Of a stretch of 64,000 nt of DNA, positions 1 through 8,142 are shown one piece after another (position 1 is the stretch's first letter; each line of letters begins with the position of its first letter). The stretch covers positions 169,376-233,375 of the forward strand of contig JBBRSJ010000001.1 of NCBI GenBank assembly GCA_038245515.1, written 5' to 3'. The translations under genes were made by a program, and so were the position numbers. The notes beneath the pieces were generated by a model. That model did not search any database. It saw nothing but the letters and a program-made list of their open reading frames with translations, and had not been told where the DNA came from. This stretch comes from Candidatus Limnocylindrales bacterium (GTDB lineage Bacteria > Chloroflexota > Limnocylindria > Limnocylindrales > CSP1-4).

Positions 1-1
1 T

Positions 2-143
2 CCTGATGGAGGAGCGACTTCGCGAGGCAGCCGCGTTCGCGGTTCGCTGCGGAGAGGCCTGCACGCTCGCTCTGATGGAACCGCTGGCCAAGGTCGCCCG
101 TTCGCTCGAGAAGTACGCCGACATGCTCTCGGCCGCGGCCTGA
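2..143 (+). CDS. 3' end of an unidentified gene (C-terminal 47 aa, stop at 143)
   Basis: Open frame from the window edge to TGA at 141-143. The translation (LMEERLREAAAFAVRCGEACTLALMEPLAKV...) is not recognisable to me. Confidence 0.3.
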   Translation, partial: LMEERLREAAAFAVRCGEACTLALMEPLAKVARSLEKYADMLSAAA

Positions 144-148
144 GCGCC

Positions 149-373
149 TTACGAGCGGAGATCGGACGAGACCCGGATGACCTCGAGGCCCGGCAAATCG
201 ACAAAGCCGGCGTGCTGGGTGACGACCGGGACGCGCAAGGCCATGGCCGTAACGGCGATCCACGATTCGTTGGCGAGCATCCGCAGCCCACGCCGGTCAA
301 GCTCCGTGCGGACGCGGGCCCATGCCTCGGCGACGCGATCATCCACAGGGATCAGGTCGAGCGAGAGCGCCAT
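149..373 (-). pseudogene. PIN-domain (VapC-like) toxin fragment, N-terminally truncated
   Basis: The 74-aa ORF ends in a typical VapC C-terminal half (ESWIAVTAMALRVPVVTQHAGFVDLPGLEVI). An in-frame stop lies directly upstream, so only about half a PIN domain is encoded. No antitoxin partner is present because a + strand gene starts at 482. Confidence 0.45.
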
Positions 374-481
374 CAGGTCCTTTCATCGGCCGTATGGTAG
401 GAGTCGGCACTTCGCTCCCACTTTCGCGGTGCTCGCTCGGGCACGATGGGCCACGGTGATCGTCGAGCCGAGGTGCCAGAC

Positions 482-1429
482 ATGACAGACTCAGCCCGTC
501 CCGTCACGGTCATCGTCTGCCTGCCGAACGTCCCCGAGCGGGCGCACATGGGCGAGCTGCCGGCCAACGTCGACGTCCGGCTCGTTCCGATCGAGCCCGG
601 GCCGGTCCCGGATCTCGGCGACGTCGAGCTGATCGTGCCGTCGACCCGGATCCGCCCCCAGCTGTTCGAGCTGCTCACCGGACCGCCGGGCCGGCTGCGT
701 GTCATCCAGACGACGAGCGCGGGCGTCGACTGGCTCAGCGGACGGGTGCCCGAGCATGTCGTGGTCTGCAACGCCCGCGGGGTCTACGACGCGCCGCTCG
801 CGGAATGGGTGGTCGGGGCCATCCTGGCGATGCAGCGCGGGATCATTCAATCCCGCGACGCGCAGGGGCGACACGGGTGGGACGGCATCGAGCCGCCCGA
901 GCTCTCCGGCCGGCGCGTCGTCATCCTCGGGCTCGGGTCGATCGGGACGGCGATTGCGGACCGGCTGCACCCGTTTGGCGTCGAGCTGATCGGCGTGGGC
1001 CGAACCGCCCGCGATGGCGTGCGCGGCCTGGCCGAACTCGACGAGGTCCTCTCCGACGCCGAGGTCCTCGTCAACATCTTGCCGCTGACCAGCGAGACCA
1101 ACTGCCTGCTGGAGGCCAGACGGCTCAGCCTCCTCCCGAATGGCGCGCTCGTCGTGAACGCCGGCCGTGGCGGCACGATCGACACCAGCGCGCTCGTCGC
1201 GGAGCTCCGGACAGGCCGGCTCCGGGCCGCCCTCGACGTCACCGACCCGGAGCCGCTCCCGCCGGATCATCCCCTCTGGGAGCTGCCCAACGTCCTGATC
1301 AGCCCGCACATGGCCGGCGACTCCCCGGCGAGCACGATCCGAGCCTTCCAGCTGGCGGGCGACCAGGTCCGCCGGTTTGCAGCCGGCGAGCCGCTGATCA
1401 ACGAGGTTGGCCGATACCTGCTGGAGTGA
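482..1429 (+). CDS. D-isomer-specific 2-hydroxyacid dehydrogenase family, NAD-binding
   Basis: Rossmann GLGSIGTAIADRL motif, catalytic R/E/H region (VVNAGRGGTID...DVTDPEP...ISPHMAG). The ATG at 482 is preceded by GAGGTG; an alternative ATG lies at 446. Confidence 0.85.
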   Translation: MTDSARPVTVIVCLPNVPERAHMGELPANVDVRLVPIEPGPVPDLGDVELIVPSTRIRPQLFELLTGPPGRLRVIQTTSAGVDWLSGRVPEHVVVCNARGVYDAPLAEWVVGAILAMQRGIIQSRDAQGRHGWDGIEPPELSGRRVVILGLGSIGTAIADRLHPFGVELIGVGRTARDGVRGLAELDEVLSDAEVLVNILPLTSETNCLLEARRLSLLPNGALVVNAGRGGTIDTSALVAELRTGRLRAALDVTDPEPLPPDHPLWELPNVLISPHMAGDSPASTIRAFQLAGDQVRRFAAGEPLINEVGRYLLE

Positions 1430-1468
1430 GCCCCGGCTCATCATCGACGCGGGCCCATCGGCATCGCA

Positions 1469-1843
1469 TCAACCGAAGAACCACAGCTCCTTGAACGGCG
1501 TCGTCACGTGCCAGATCATCGACACGCCCGCCGGAAACGATGCGATGTCGCCGGGGCGGAGGTCGAGCGGCGGCCGGCTCTCGAACTCGATCCTGACCGC
1601 GCCCTCGAGCACGTGGATCGTCTCGCGGCGGTCCGGTGTCCACGGGAGCGGGCCACTGACCTCGAGGATGCGCGTCAACCCAGCCCACACGGCGTCTTCA
1701 TGGACGAGCTCGTGCATCTCGGTTCCTGGGACATCCGGATCGGCCTCCCAGTCATCCGGCGAGACGGTGGACACGAACACCTCGGCGCTCGAAGGCACGG
1801 CCGTCCTCCTCATGCTGTTCTCACGGAATGTCCGGTTGACCAT
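1469..1843 (-). CDS. cupin domain protein (cupin_3 / DUF861-like)
   Basis: Small beta-barrel signature ...GDIASFPAGVSMIWHVTTPFKELWFF. The start may be the internal ATG at 1813. Confidence 0.65.
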   Translation of the reverse strand: MVNRTFRENSMRRTAVPSSAEVFVSTVSPDDWEADPDVPGTEMHELVHEDAVWAGLTRILEVSGPLPWTPDRRETIHVLEGAVRIEFESRPPLDLRPGDIASFPAGVSMIWHVTTPFKELWFFG

Positions 1844-1896
1844 ACGACGTTGCCGGACGCACGAGGCGCTGTGCCCTCAGGCAGCGGTCCCGAAGG

Positions 1897-3007
1897 TCAG
1901 GATGCGAGGACGGCGGTGATGACGACGATCGAACTGACGAGCTGGTCCGCCTCACCACCGACGAGGTAGCCGGACCCATCGATGACGACGCCCGCGGCGT
2001 CCGCGAGCGCTCGCGGCAACCGGCCGACGAGTCGCGATCGGGCGGTCGCCGGGTCGATCGAGACAACGCGGTCGACCGCCTGACCGCCGTACCGTCCGCC
2101 GGCGACCACGATGGCGCCGTCGATCAGGAGCGCGGTCGCCTCGGTCAGCGTCGCCCCGAGGTGGCCGACCACCCGAACCGAGCCGCTGGTGACATCGACG
2201 ACCTGGATCGCGTCGGTGTCGCCGGTGGCCGCCGCGCCGCCGATCACGAAGACGCGATCGCCGACGGCCACGACCGCGCCGTAGCGGACGGGGATCGAGA
2301 GCGTGGCGATCAGCCGGAAGTGGACTCCGTCCCGGGTCGCGAGGACGCGCCCATCTGCTCGGCCGCCGGCCCCACCGCCGACGATGATCGCCTCGGATCC
2401 GACGATCACTGCGCCGAGGTCGGCGCGCCGAGCCGGCAGATCGCCGACCAGGGCGCCCGTCCCGGTCGCCGGGACCGACTGGACCCAGGAGTCCTGGGTG
2501 GTCGCGCCACCGCCGATCACCAGCCTTGACCCGGCCAGCGATACGCCGGCCGCATCGTGGACCGGATGGAGCAGTCGGCCGCCGGCGGTGACGGGGCTCC
2601 CGTCGAGCGGGATTCGCTCCGTAGTCGCCGTCGTCCCAGTGCGCGTCAGTCCCCCGACAAGGAGGATCGCCGCGCCGTCCGCAAACGCCACAGCCCGGCT
2701 CGTGGCGATCGGGAGGCTGCGTGGATCGAGGGCGATCGAGAACGCGGTAGCGATCAGGACGCCCCCGGAAACGGACGGGCCGGACGGGCCGGACGGCGTG
2801 ATGGACCCCGGAGTGCCCTTCGGCAGACCGACGGTGGGGCCGCCTGACCGTGCCTCGGTGGATGGCCGGAGCGAGCTCGTCGCCGCGCCATCGGTGGGCC
2901 CGGTCCGGGTCGGCGGCGGGCTGACGCTGGAGCCGCAGCCGACGACGGTGATGCCGGCGATCAGCGCGACCAAGAAGGGACGGCGTGAACTTGATCGCCG
3001 GTCCATC
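1897..3007 (-). CDS. Kelch-repeat beta-propeller lipoprotein
   Basis: Signal peptide plus lipobox (MDRRSSSRRPFLVALIAGITVVGC), Pro/Ser/Thr linker, then repeated GG/VxGG Kelch-like blades. The track ORF 1897..3519 carries an Arg-rich N-terminal extension that I discard. Confidence 0.7.
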
Positions 3008-3011
3008 GTCC

Positions 3012-4196
3012 TCAGAAGATCCCGACCGGCGCGATGTCGACCCCGTCGGGGATGTGGAGGCGGCCGGGCGCGGTTCCGGCGCGGTCGGTCCGGCCGTACT
3101 GCCAGACGATCCGCTTCGTCCGCGGATCGAGCAGGACAACCCGCTCGCGGAAGTCGTCGTTGATCAGGATCCGGCCGTCGGCGAGCGGGACGGCAAGGCT
3201 GGGATGGTCGAGCCGGCCCGGACCCGAGGCCGGCGCATATCGCCAGAGCAGACGTCCCGTGGGGGTCACTGCCACCACCGCGCCGATGGTGGCGTAGTCG
3301 GCGACGATGACGTTGCCTTTTGCGTCGAGGTGGGCGTCCGACGGGTAGACGGTCGGGACGTGAATGTCGAAGATCACGCGGCCGGTCGCGGACAGGCGGA
3401 CGACGCGTGAGCCGCGGATCTCGGTGATCAGGAGGCCGCCGTCGGGCAGCGGGGTGTCGCCGTTCGGGGAGCCGAAGGTCTGCGGCGCGTGGTTGGTGCA
3501 GACGCCGGTCCGGCCCCACTGGTGAGTGATCCTCTTGGCGGGATCGATCTCGATGATCCGGCAGTTCTGGATGTCGGCCACGATGATCCGGCCGTTGGCG
3601 AGCGGGTAGGCGTCATCCGGCCCGTTCAGGTAGCCGGGCCGAGAGGACGGCACGCCATAGTGGCCGTACTGCCAGACGATCCGCTTCGTCGCGATGTCGA
3701 TCCGGTCGATGACCTGGTGAGTGTCGTCGTTGGCGACGATCGTCCGGCCGTCCGGCGCAATGAAGGCATCGTCGGCCGCGAAGGACTGGCCGCGGGGGAG
3801 GCTGCCCTTCACCGGGAAGCGCCACAGGACCTGTCCGCCAGAAGTCACGACGAGCAACCGGCCGTTCCCGCGGTCCGCGATGAGGAGTCCGCCCGGAAAG
3901 AGCCCGGGGTGCGCGGGCCGAGCTCCAGGCGGCGATGGGACCGCGGACGGAGAAACGGACGGGGTGGGATCGGCCGACGGTCCGGGGTCGGATGGTGTGG
4001 CCACGACCGAGCCCGCCGGATCGGTCTGCGGGACGGGGCTGACCGCGGCACTGATCGGCCCCGTCGAGGGGCTGGTCGACGGCGTCCCGGAGGGCCCGCC
4101 CGCGAGCAGACGCGTGGCTCCGATGAAGACGAGGAGCGCGGCTGCGCCGGCGAGGGCCAGGGGAGCGCGTGCGGGCACCGCCCGCTGGGCTCGCAT
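3012..4196 (-). CDS. membrane-anchored beta-propeller protein (NHL / arylsulfotransferase-like repeats)
   Basis: N-terminal TM (APLALAGAAALLVFIGATRLL), P/S/T-rich linker, then repeated propeller blades (RIVWQYG appears twice). It lies 4 bp from the upstream propeller lipoprotein. Confidence 0.65.
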   Translation of the reverse strand: MRAQRAVPARAPLALAGAAALLVFIGATRLLAGGPSGTPSTSPSTGPISAAVSPVPQTDPAGSVVATPSDPGPSADPTPSVSPSAVPSPPGARPAHPGLFPGGLLIADRGNGRLLVVTSGGQVLWRFPVKGSLPRGQSFAADDAFIAPDGRTIVANDDTHQVIDRIDIATKRIVWQYGHYGVPSSRPGYLNGPDDAYPLANGRIIVADIQNCRIIEIDPAKRITHQWGRTGVCTNHAPQTFGSPNGDTPLPDGGLLITEIRGSRVVRLSATGRVIFDIHVPTVYPSDAHLDAKGNVIVADYATIGAVVAVTPTGRLLWRYAPASGPGRLDHPSLAVPLADGRILINDDFRERVVLLDPRTKRIVWQYGRTDRAGTAPGRLHIPDGVDIAPVGIF

Positions 4197-4450
4197 GGGT
4201 CGAGCGTGTCGGCGGCGGATGACGGCCTCCAGGTCCAAGGCGACGAGTGCGTCACGTCGGGCCCGTGAACGCGATCATTCTGCAGCGACGAACTCGAGGG
4301 GACACTTGGTCGCCGACCGCCAAATCCTAGCGGACTCGTTCGCATGCCGCGCCAGGCCGCGTCGAGACCCAGGGCTGGCGTCAGGAGGATCCGCGCGACC
4401 GATGAGTCGGGGTTCGGCCGCCCGTTACGAGCCGAGCGAGCAGCCCGCGG

Positions 4451-5011
4451 TCAGGTGTCGGCCTCGGGCGCCTCCATGCGCTCGAGCAGCGCCATCGTCG
4501 TCGCCCAGCTGCGGATCGTCATCGACTTGTACGCCGGCTTCCCGACGATCTTGCCGAGGCGGCTCTTCGTCCGTTGCGCGCTGAGCCGCTGCGAGTAGAT
4601 CACGCCCGTTCCCGGCCACACCTCGTCGACCCCAGGCCGCGGGTCGAAGACCGTCATCGCCGTCGGCGCGTCGATCCCCATGAGGAAGACCGCGTCGCTG
4701 TGATACGTCTCCGGATGGTCGCCGAAGCCCCTGGGCCGCTTCTCGACGACGGCGCTGAGCTGCGCCCGCGTCAGGACGAGGACCGCGATGAGGTCGCTGT
4801 CGAGGTTGAACGTCGTGGGGAGCGCCTCCTCGAGCTCGCGCTTGATTGCGGTCGCCGGGCGATCGGAGCTCAGGATCACGTTGCCGCTGGCGATGTACGT
4901 GGAGACCTTGGTGTGGCCGTGCGACTCGAGGAGCTCGCGCAGCGGCGCCATCGGCACTTTGTTCCGCCCGCCGACGTTGATCCCGCGCAGAAGGACGAGG
5001 TATCTGGTCAT
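4451..5011 (-). CDS. DUF1697 family protein
   Basis: The N-terminus MTRYLVLLRGINVGGRNKV is diagnostic of DUF1697. The longer track ORF has an Arg/Gly-rich spurious extension. Confidence 0.8.
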   Translation of the reverse strand: MTRYLVLLRGINVGGRNKVPMAPLRELLESHGHTKVSTYIASGNVILSSDRPATAIKRELEEALPTTFNLDSDLIAVLVLTRAQLSAVVEKRPRGFGDHPETYHSDAVFLMGIDAPTAMTVFDPRPGVDEVWPGTGVIYSQRLSAQRTKSRLGKIVGKPAYKSMTIRSWATTMALLERMEAPEADT

Positions 5012-5031
5012 GGCACCGTCACCGGTGCGCC

Positions 5032-5655
5032 TCATCCGCTCGGGGGTCGCCATGGCTGGTCCGCGTGCGCGAGCCACACCATCTCGGGGTCGAGCGCGCG
5101 CACCAGCAGCTGGCCTTCGGTCTGCGGCTCGTCGAGCTCGCCGAACGACACCGCCATGTCGCCGCCGACCACGACCGGTCGCCCACCGGTGTCCACGACC
5201 ACCACGTGCGTGCCGGGCGTGTGGCCCGGCGCCGGGAGGAGGCGGACCCCGGGCAGCAGCTCGAGCGCGCCATCGACCGGCACGAACTGCGCGCCGGGCG
5301 ACTCGACCCACTCGCGAATGGTGTAGTCGTCCTGGGTACGCGCGTCTTCGAGTTCCCGACGCTGGACATAGATCGGCTTGCCGGCGAAGAGGTGGTTGCC
5401 GCCGCAGTGGTCGAAATGCAGGTGGGTGTTGACGACGATGTCGATGGCGGTGAGGTCGAAGTCCTGCTCGTTGAGCGGCCGAAGGCGGGGGTCCATGTCG
5501 GCCACCAACGGGTGCAGCTCCGTCATGCCGGTGTCGACCAGCACGCGCGCATCGGGATGGTCGATGACGTGCACGTACACGGGCATCCGTTCGCCCTCGA
5601 CGTGCAGGTCGGCAACGAGGATCGGCGTGACGGTGATCGAGGCCGCAGCGGTCAT
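5032..5655 (-). CDS. MBL-fold metallo-hydrolase
   Basis: HxHxDH motif (NTHLHFDHCGG) and downstream His/Asp ligands (PAPGHTPG). The start is taken at MTAAASITV. Confidence 0.8.
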   Translation of the reverse strand: MTAAASITVTPILVADLHVEGERMPVYVHVIDHPDARVLVDTGMTELHPLVADMDPRLRPLNEQDFDLTAIDIVVNTHLHFDHCGGNHLFAGKPIYVQRRELEDARTQDDYTIREWVESPGAQFVPVDGALELLPGVRLLPAPGHTPGTHVVVVDTGGRPVVVGGDMAVSFGELDEPQTEGQLLVRALDPEMVWLAHADQPWRPPSG

Positions 5656-6047
5656 CGTTTCCCGAAACCGGGGATGGCCGCGGCCTGCGTCATCCACGAC
5701 GCCAGCTGGCGTTCGTCGATGTCGTCGACGGATGCGAGGTCCACGCCGCGCGAGTCCTTGCCCATCCCGATCGGCATAACCGGCGGCACGGGCGAGAGGG
5801 ACGTGCCGCGCCCGAACGTGAGCTTGACGTGGTCCGCGAAGCCGCCGCACGAGAAGCACCAGCCGTCGCCGACGCCATACCACGCCATGCCCCACTTCAC
5901 AGAGCGCTGCAGGCCCGGAAGCGTCTCGGCAGCCAGGGCATCGACGCGTTCAGCGATGGAGCGTTGTGGCTGCGGCAAGGTGCTGATGTAGGCAAAGACG
6001 GGCTTGTCGCCGATTGCGGCCTTGGCCGGGCTCGCCCTCCCGGTCAT
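5652..6047 (-). CDS. DUF1801 (YdhG-like) domain protein
   Basis: Typical DUF1801 core ...VKWGMAWYGVGDGWCFSCGGFADHVKLTF.... The start is uncertain; ATG candidates lie at 6047 and 6119. Confidence 0.6.
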   Translation of the reverse strand: MTGRASPAKAAIGDKPVFAYISTLPQPQRSIAERVDALAAETLPGLQRSVKWGMAWYGVGDGWCFSCGGFADHVKLTFGRGTSLSPVPPVMPIGMGKDSRGVDLASVDDIDERQLASWMTQAAAIPGFGKR

Positions 6048-6237
6048 CGCGGCCGGAAGTGACGTCAGGACGTTGCCTTGCACGGACGTTCGCCTGGTGG
6101 TTTTGCCTGCTTCCGTCACGGGTCATCGCTCCTTCGGGCATCTTGCACCCACTTGACGACGCATCCGCCAACAACTCATCGGTCGACTGCCGACCGCACT
6201 GGTTCCACAGACCTGAGATCACTCGTTTCGTGGTCCA

Positions 6238-6633
6238 ATGGACCGCGTGAATGATGGCGCGGCGGCGGATGAGACCCGGATCGATCGCTGGCTGTGTGCC
6301 GTGCGCCTCGTCAAGACACGTCCCATCGCGACCCAGCTGTGCGAGGCCGGGCACGTCCGCGTCAACGGCAGCGCCGCAAAGGCGTCGAGCAAGGTTCGCC
6401 CGGGTGACCGGGTCGACGCCCTCATCGCCGGCCGGGAGCGAATCGTCGAGGTCGTCCGGCCGATCGAGTCGCGGGTTGGTGCCGCCGTCGCCGTGACCTG
6501 TTATGTCGATCGCAGTCCGCCGCCCATCGTCTCCGAGGTGCGACCGGGGATCCTCGCCGTGCGAGGGGAGGGCCGCCCGAACAAGCGCCTGCGGCGAGAG
6601 CTCGAGCGCTTGCGGCGGCCCACCGACCGCTGA
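6238..6633 (+). CDS. S4-domain RNA-binding protein (Hsp15 / ribosome-associated-like)
   Basis: S4 motif: IDRWLCAVRLVKTRPIATQLCEAGHVRVNG. Confidence 0.75.
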   Translation: MDRVNDGAAADETRIDRWLCAVRLVKTRPIATQLCEAGHVRVNGSAAKASSKVRPGDRVDALIAGRERIVEVVRPIESRVGAAVAVTCYVDRSPPPIVSEVRPGILAVRGEGRPNKRLRRELERLRRPTDR

Positions 6634-6727
6634 TCCGCCGACCGGCGAACGTAAAGGCGTCGTCGCACTGCCGGCGTATCCTGCCCCGACGATTCACGAT
6701 TGAGCTGGTAGCCGGAGGGAAGTCGCC

Positions 6728-7897
6728 ATGCGCGTTCTGTTCGCCACGACCGCGGGGGCTGGTCACTTCGGGCCGCTCGTCCCATTCGCTGAAGCCTCTC
6801 GCCGCGCCGGGTCGGACGTTCTCGTCGCCGCACCGGCGTCCTTTCACCAGTCGGTCGAGCGGCTCGGATTCGCGTTCTGGCCGCTGGGCGAGCCGACGGC
6901 GGAGGCGTGGGGCGCGGTCATGGCGCCGTTGCGTGGCATGTCCGCGGAGGATGGAAACCGGATCGTCATCGGGGAGGTGTTCGGCCGACTCGACGGCGGC
7001 GCGGCGCTGCCTCGGATGCTCCAGGCGATCGACGAGTGGCGGCCCGACGTCGTGGTCCGCGAAGCGAATGAGTATTCGTCCATCGTGGCGGCTGAGAAGC
7101 GCGGAGTCCGCCACGTCCACGTCGCGATCGGGGTCGCAGCGAACGACGCTCTCACCTTCGAGGCCGTCGAGCCGGCGATCGAGGAACTGCGTAGGTCCGT
7201 CGGACTTGGCCACGACGCCGGGCTCAGCGCACTCCGCGGAGCTCCATACTTCACGCTCACGCCCGGGTCATTCGAGGATCCGCGAGATCCGGGCCCGGCG
7301 CATGCCAGTCGGTTCCGTGACCCAGCCATGGCCGTCCCGCCGCCCGCGGATCCCATTCCTGACGATTTGCCGCTGGTGTACGTCACGCTGGGTTCGGTCG
7401 CGCCGACGATGGGATTCTTCCCCGTTGTCTACCGGGCCGTGCTCGACGCACTGGCGGAACTGCCGATCCGGGTTCTCATGACGGTCGGCGAGGCGGCCGA
7501 CCCCGTGACGCTTGGCCCCCTACCGGTCAATGCGACGGTCGAGCGCTGGGTCCCGCAGGCCGAAATCCTCCCACGTGTAGCGCTCGTCGTGGGCCATGGC
7601 GGGTATGGCACGGTGCTCGGCGCCCTCGCCGCGGGCCGCCCCATGGTGATCCTGCCCTTGTTCGCCGACCAGCCCGTCAACGCCGCCCGCGTCGCGGCAC
7701 TCGGTGCCGGGCTCGCGCTGCCAGGCGGAGCTGTCCCGGATCCGGAGCGGGCGATCGCGTCGATTCACCTGCTGCCCGATGCCGTCACGCGTCTCCTCTC
7801 TGATCCGACCTTCACTCAGGCCGCCGGGCGAGTGGCGGCCGAGATCGGTGAACTGCCACCGGTCGACGCCGCAGTCGGGATGCTAGCCGCACCGTAG
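6728..7897 (+). CDS. family-1 glycosyltransferase (MGT / UDP-glycosyltransferase-like)
   Basis: N-terminus MRVLFATTAGAGHFGPLVPFA plus the C-terminal UDP-sugar binding region (VGHGGYGTVLGALAAGRPMVILPLFADQPVNA). Confidence 0.85.
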   Translation: MRVLFATTAGAGHFGPLVPFAEASRRAGSDVLVAAPASFHQSVERLGFAFWPLGEPTAEAWGAVMAPLRGMSAEDGNRIVIGEVFGRLDGGAALPRMLQAIDEWRPDVVVREANEYSSIVAAEKRGVRHVHVAIGVAANDALTFEAVEPAIEELRRSVGLGHDAGLSALRGAPYFTLTPGSFEDPRDPGPAHASRFRDPAMAVPPPADPIPDDLPLVYVTLGSVAPTMGFFPVVYRAVLDALAELPIRVLMTVGEAADPVTLGPLPVNATVERWVPQAEILPRVALVVGHGGYGTVLGALAAGRPMVILPLFADQPVNAARVAALGAGLALPGGAVPDPERAIASIHLLPDAVTRLLSDPTFTQAAGRVAAEIGELPPVDAAVGMLAAP

Positions 7898-8142
7898 CTT
7901 GGACAAGGAGCGCTGACCCTGGAGCCCGCGCGCGTGGACGAAGTCACGCTGGGTCAGACGAGGTCGTGACTCCGGGGCGAGCCGTAGCGATCCCAACGTA
8001 AAGCGTCTGACAGGCTGAGGGCGTTGCGACCCATCCGCGGTGCCATACTCGCGCTCGGTCCTTCACATTGGCGTCTCTCCCGCCAAGCCGAGCCCTTCGA
8101 CGTCAATTCGAGACTGCATTGCCGAGTCACGATTCCGCGCCG

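Noticed and set aside
1952-3139. 395-aa Arg-rich ORF overlapping the Kelch lipoprotein gene, and similar ORFs such as 491-1444, 3489-4268, 17910-18863, 25973-27592 N-terminal part, 58040-59920
   Set aside because: Compositionally junk (R, P, G, A dominate), out of frame with well-supported genes. These are a consequence of high GC3.
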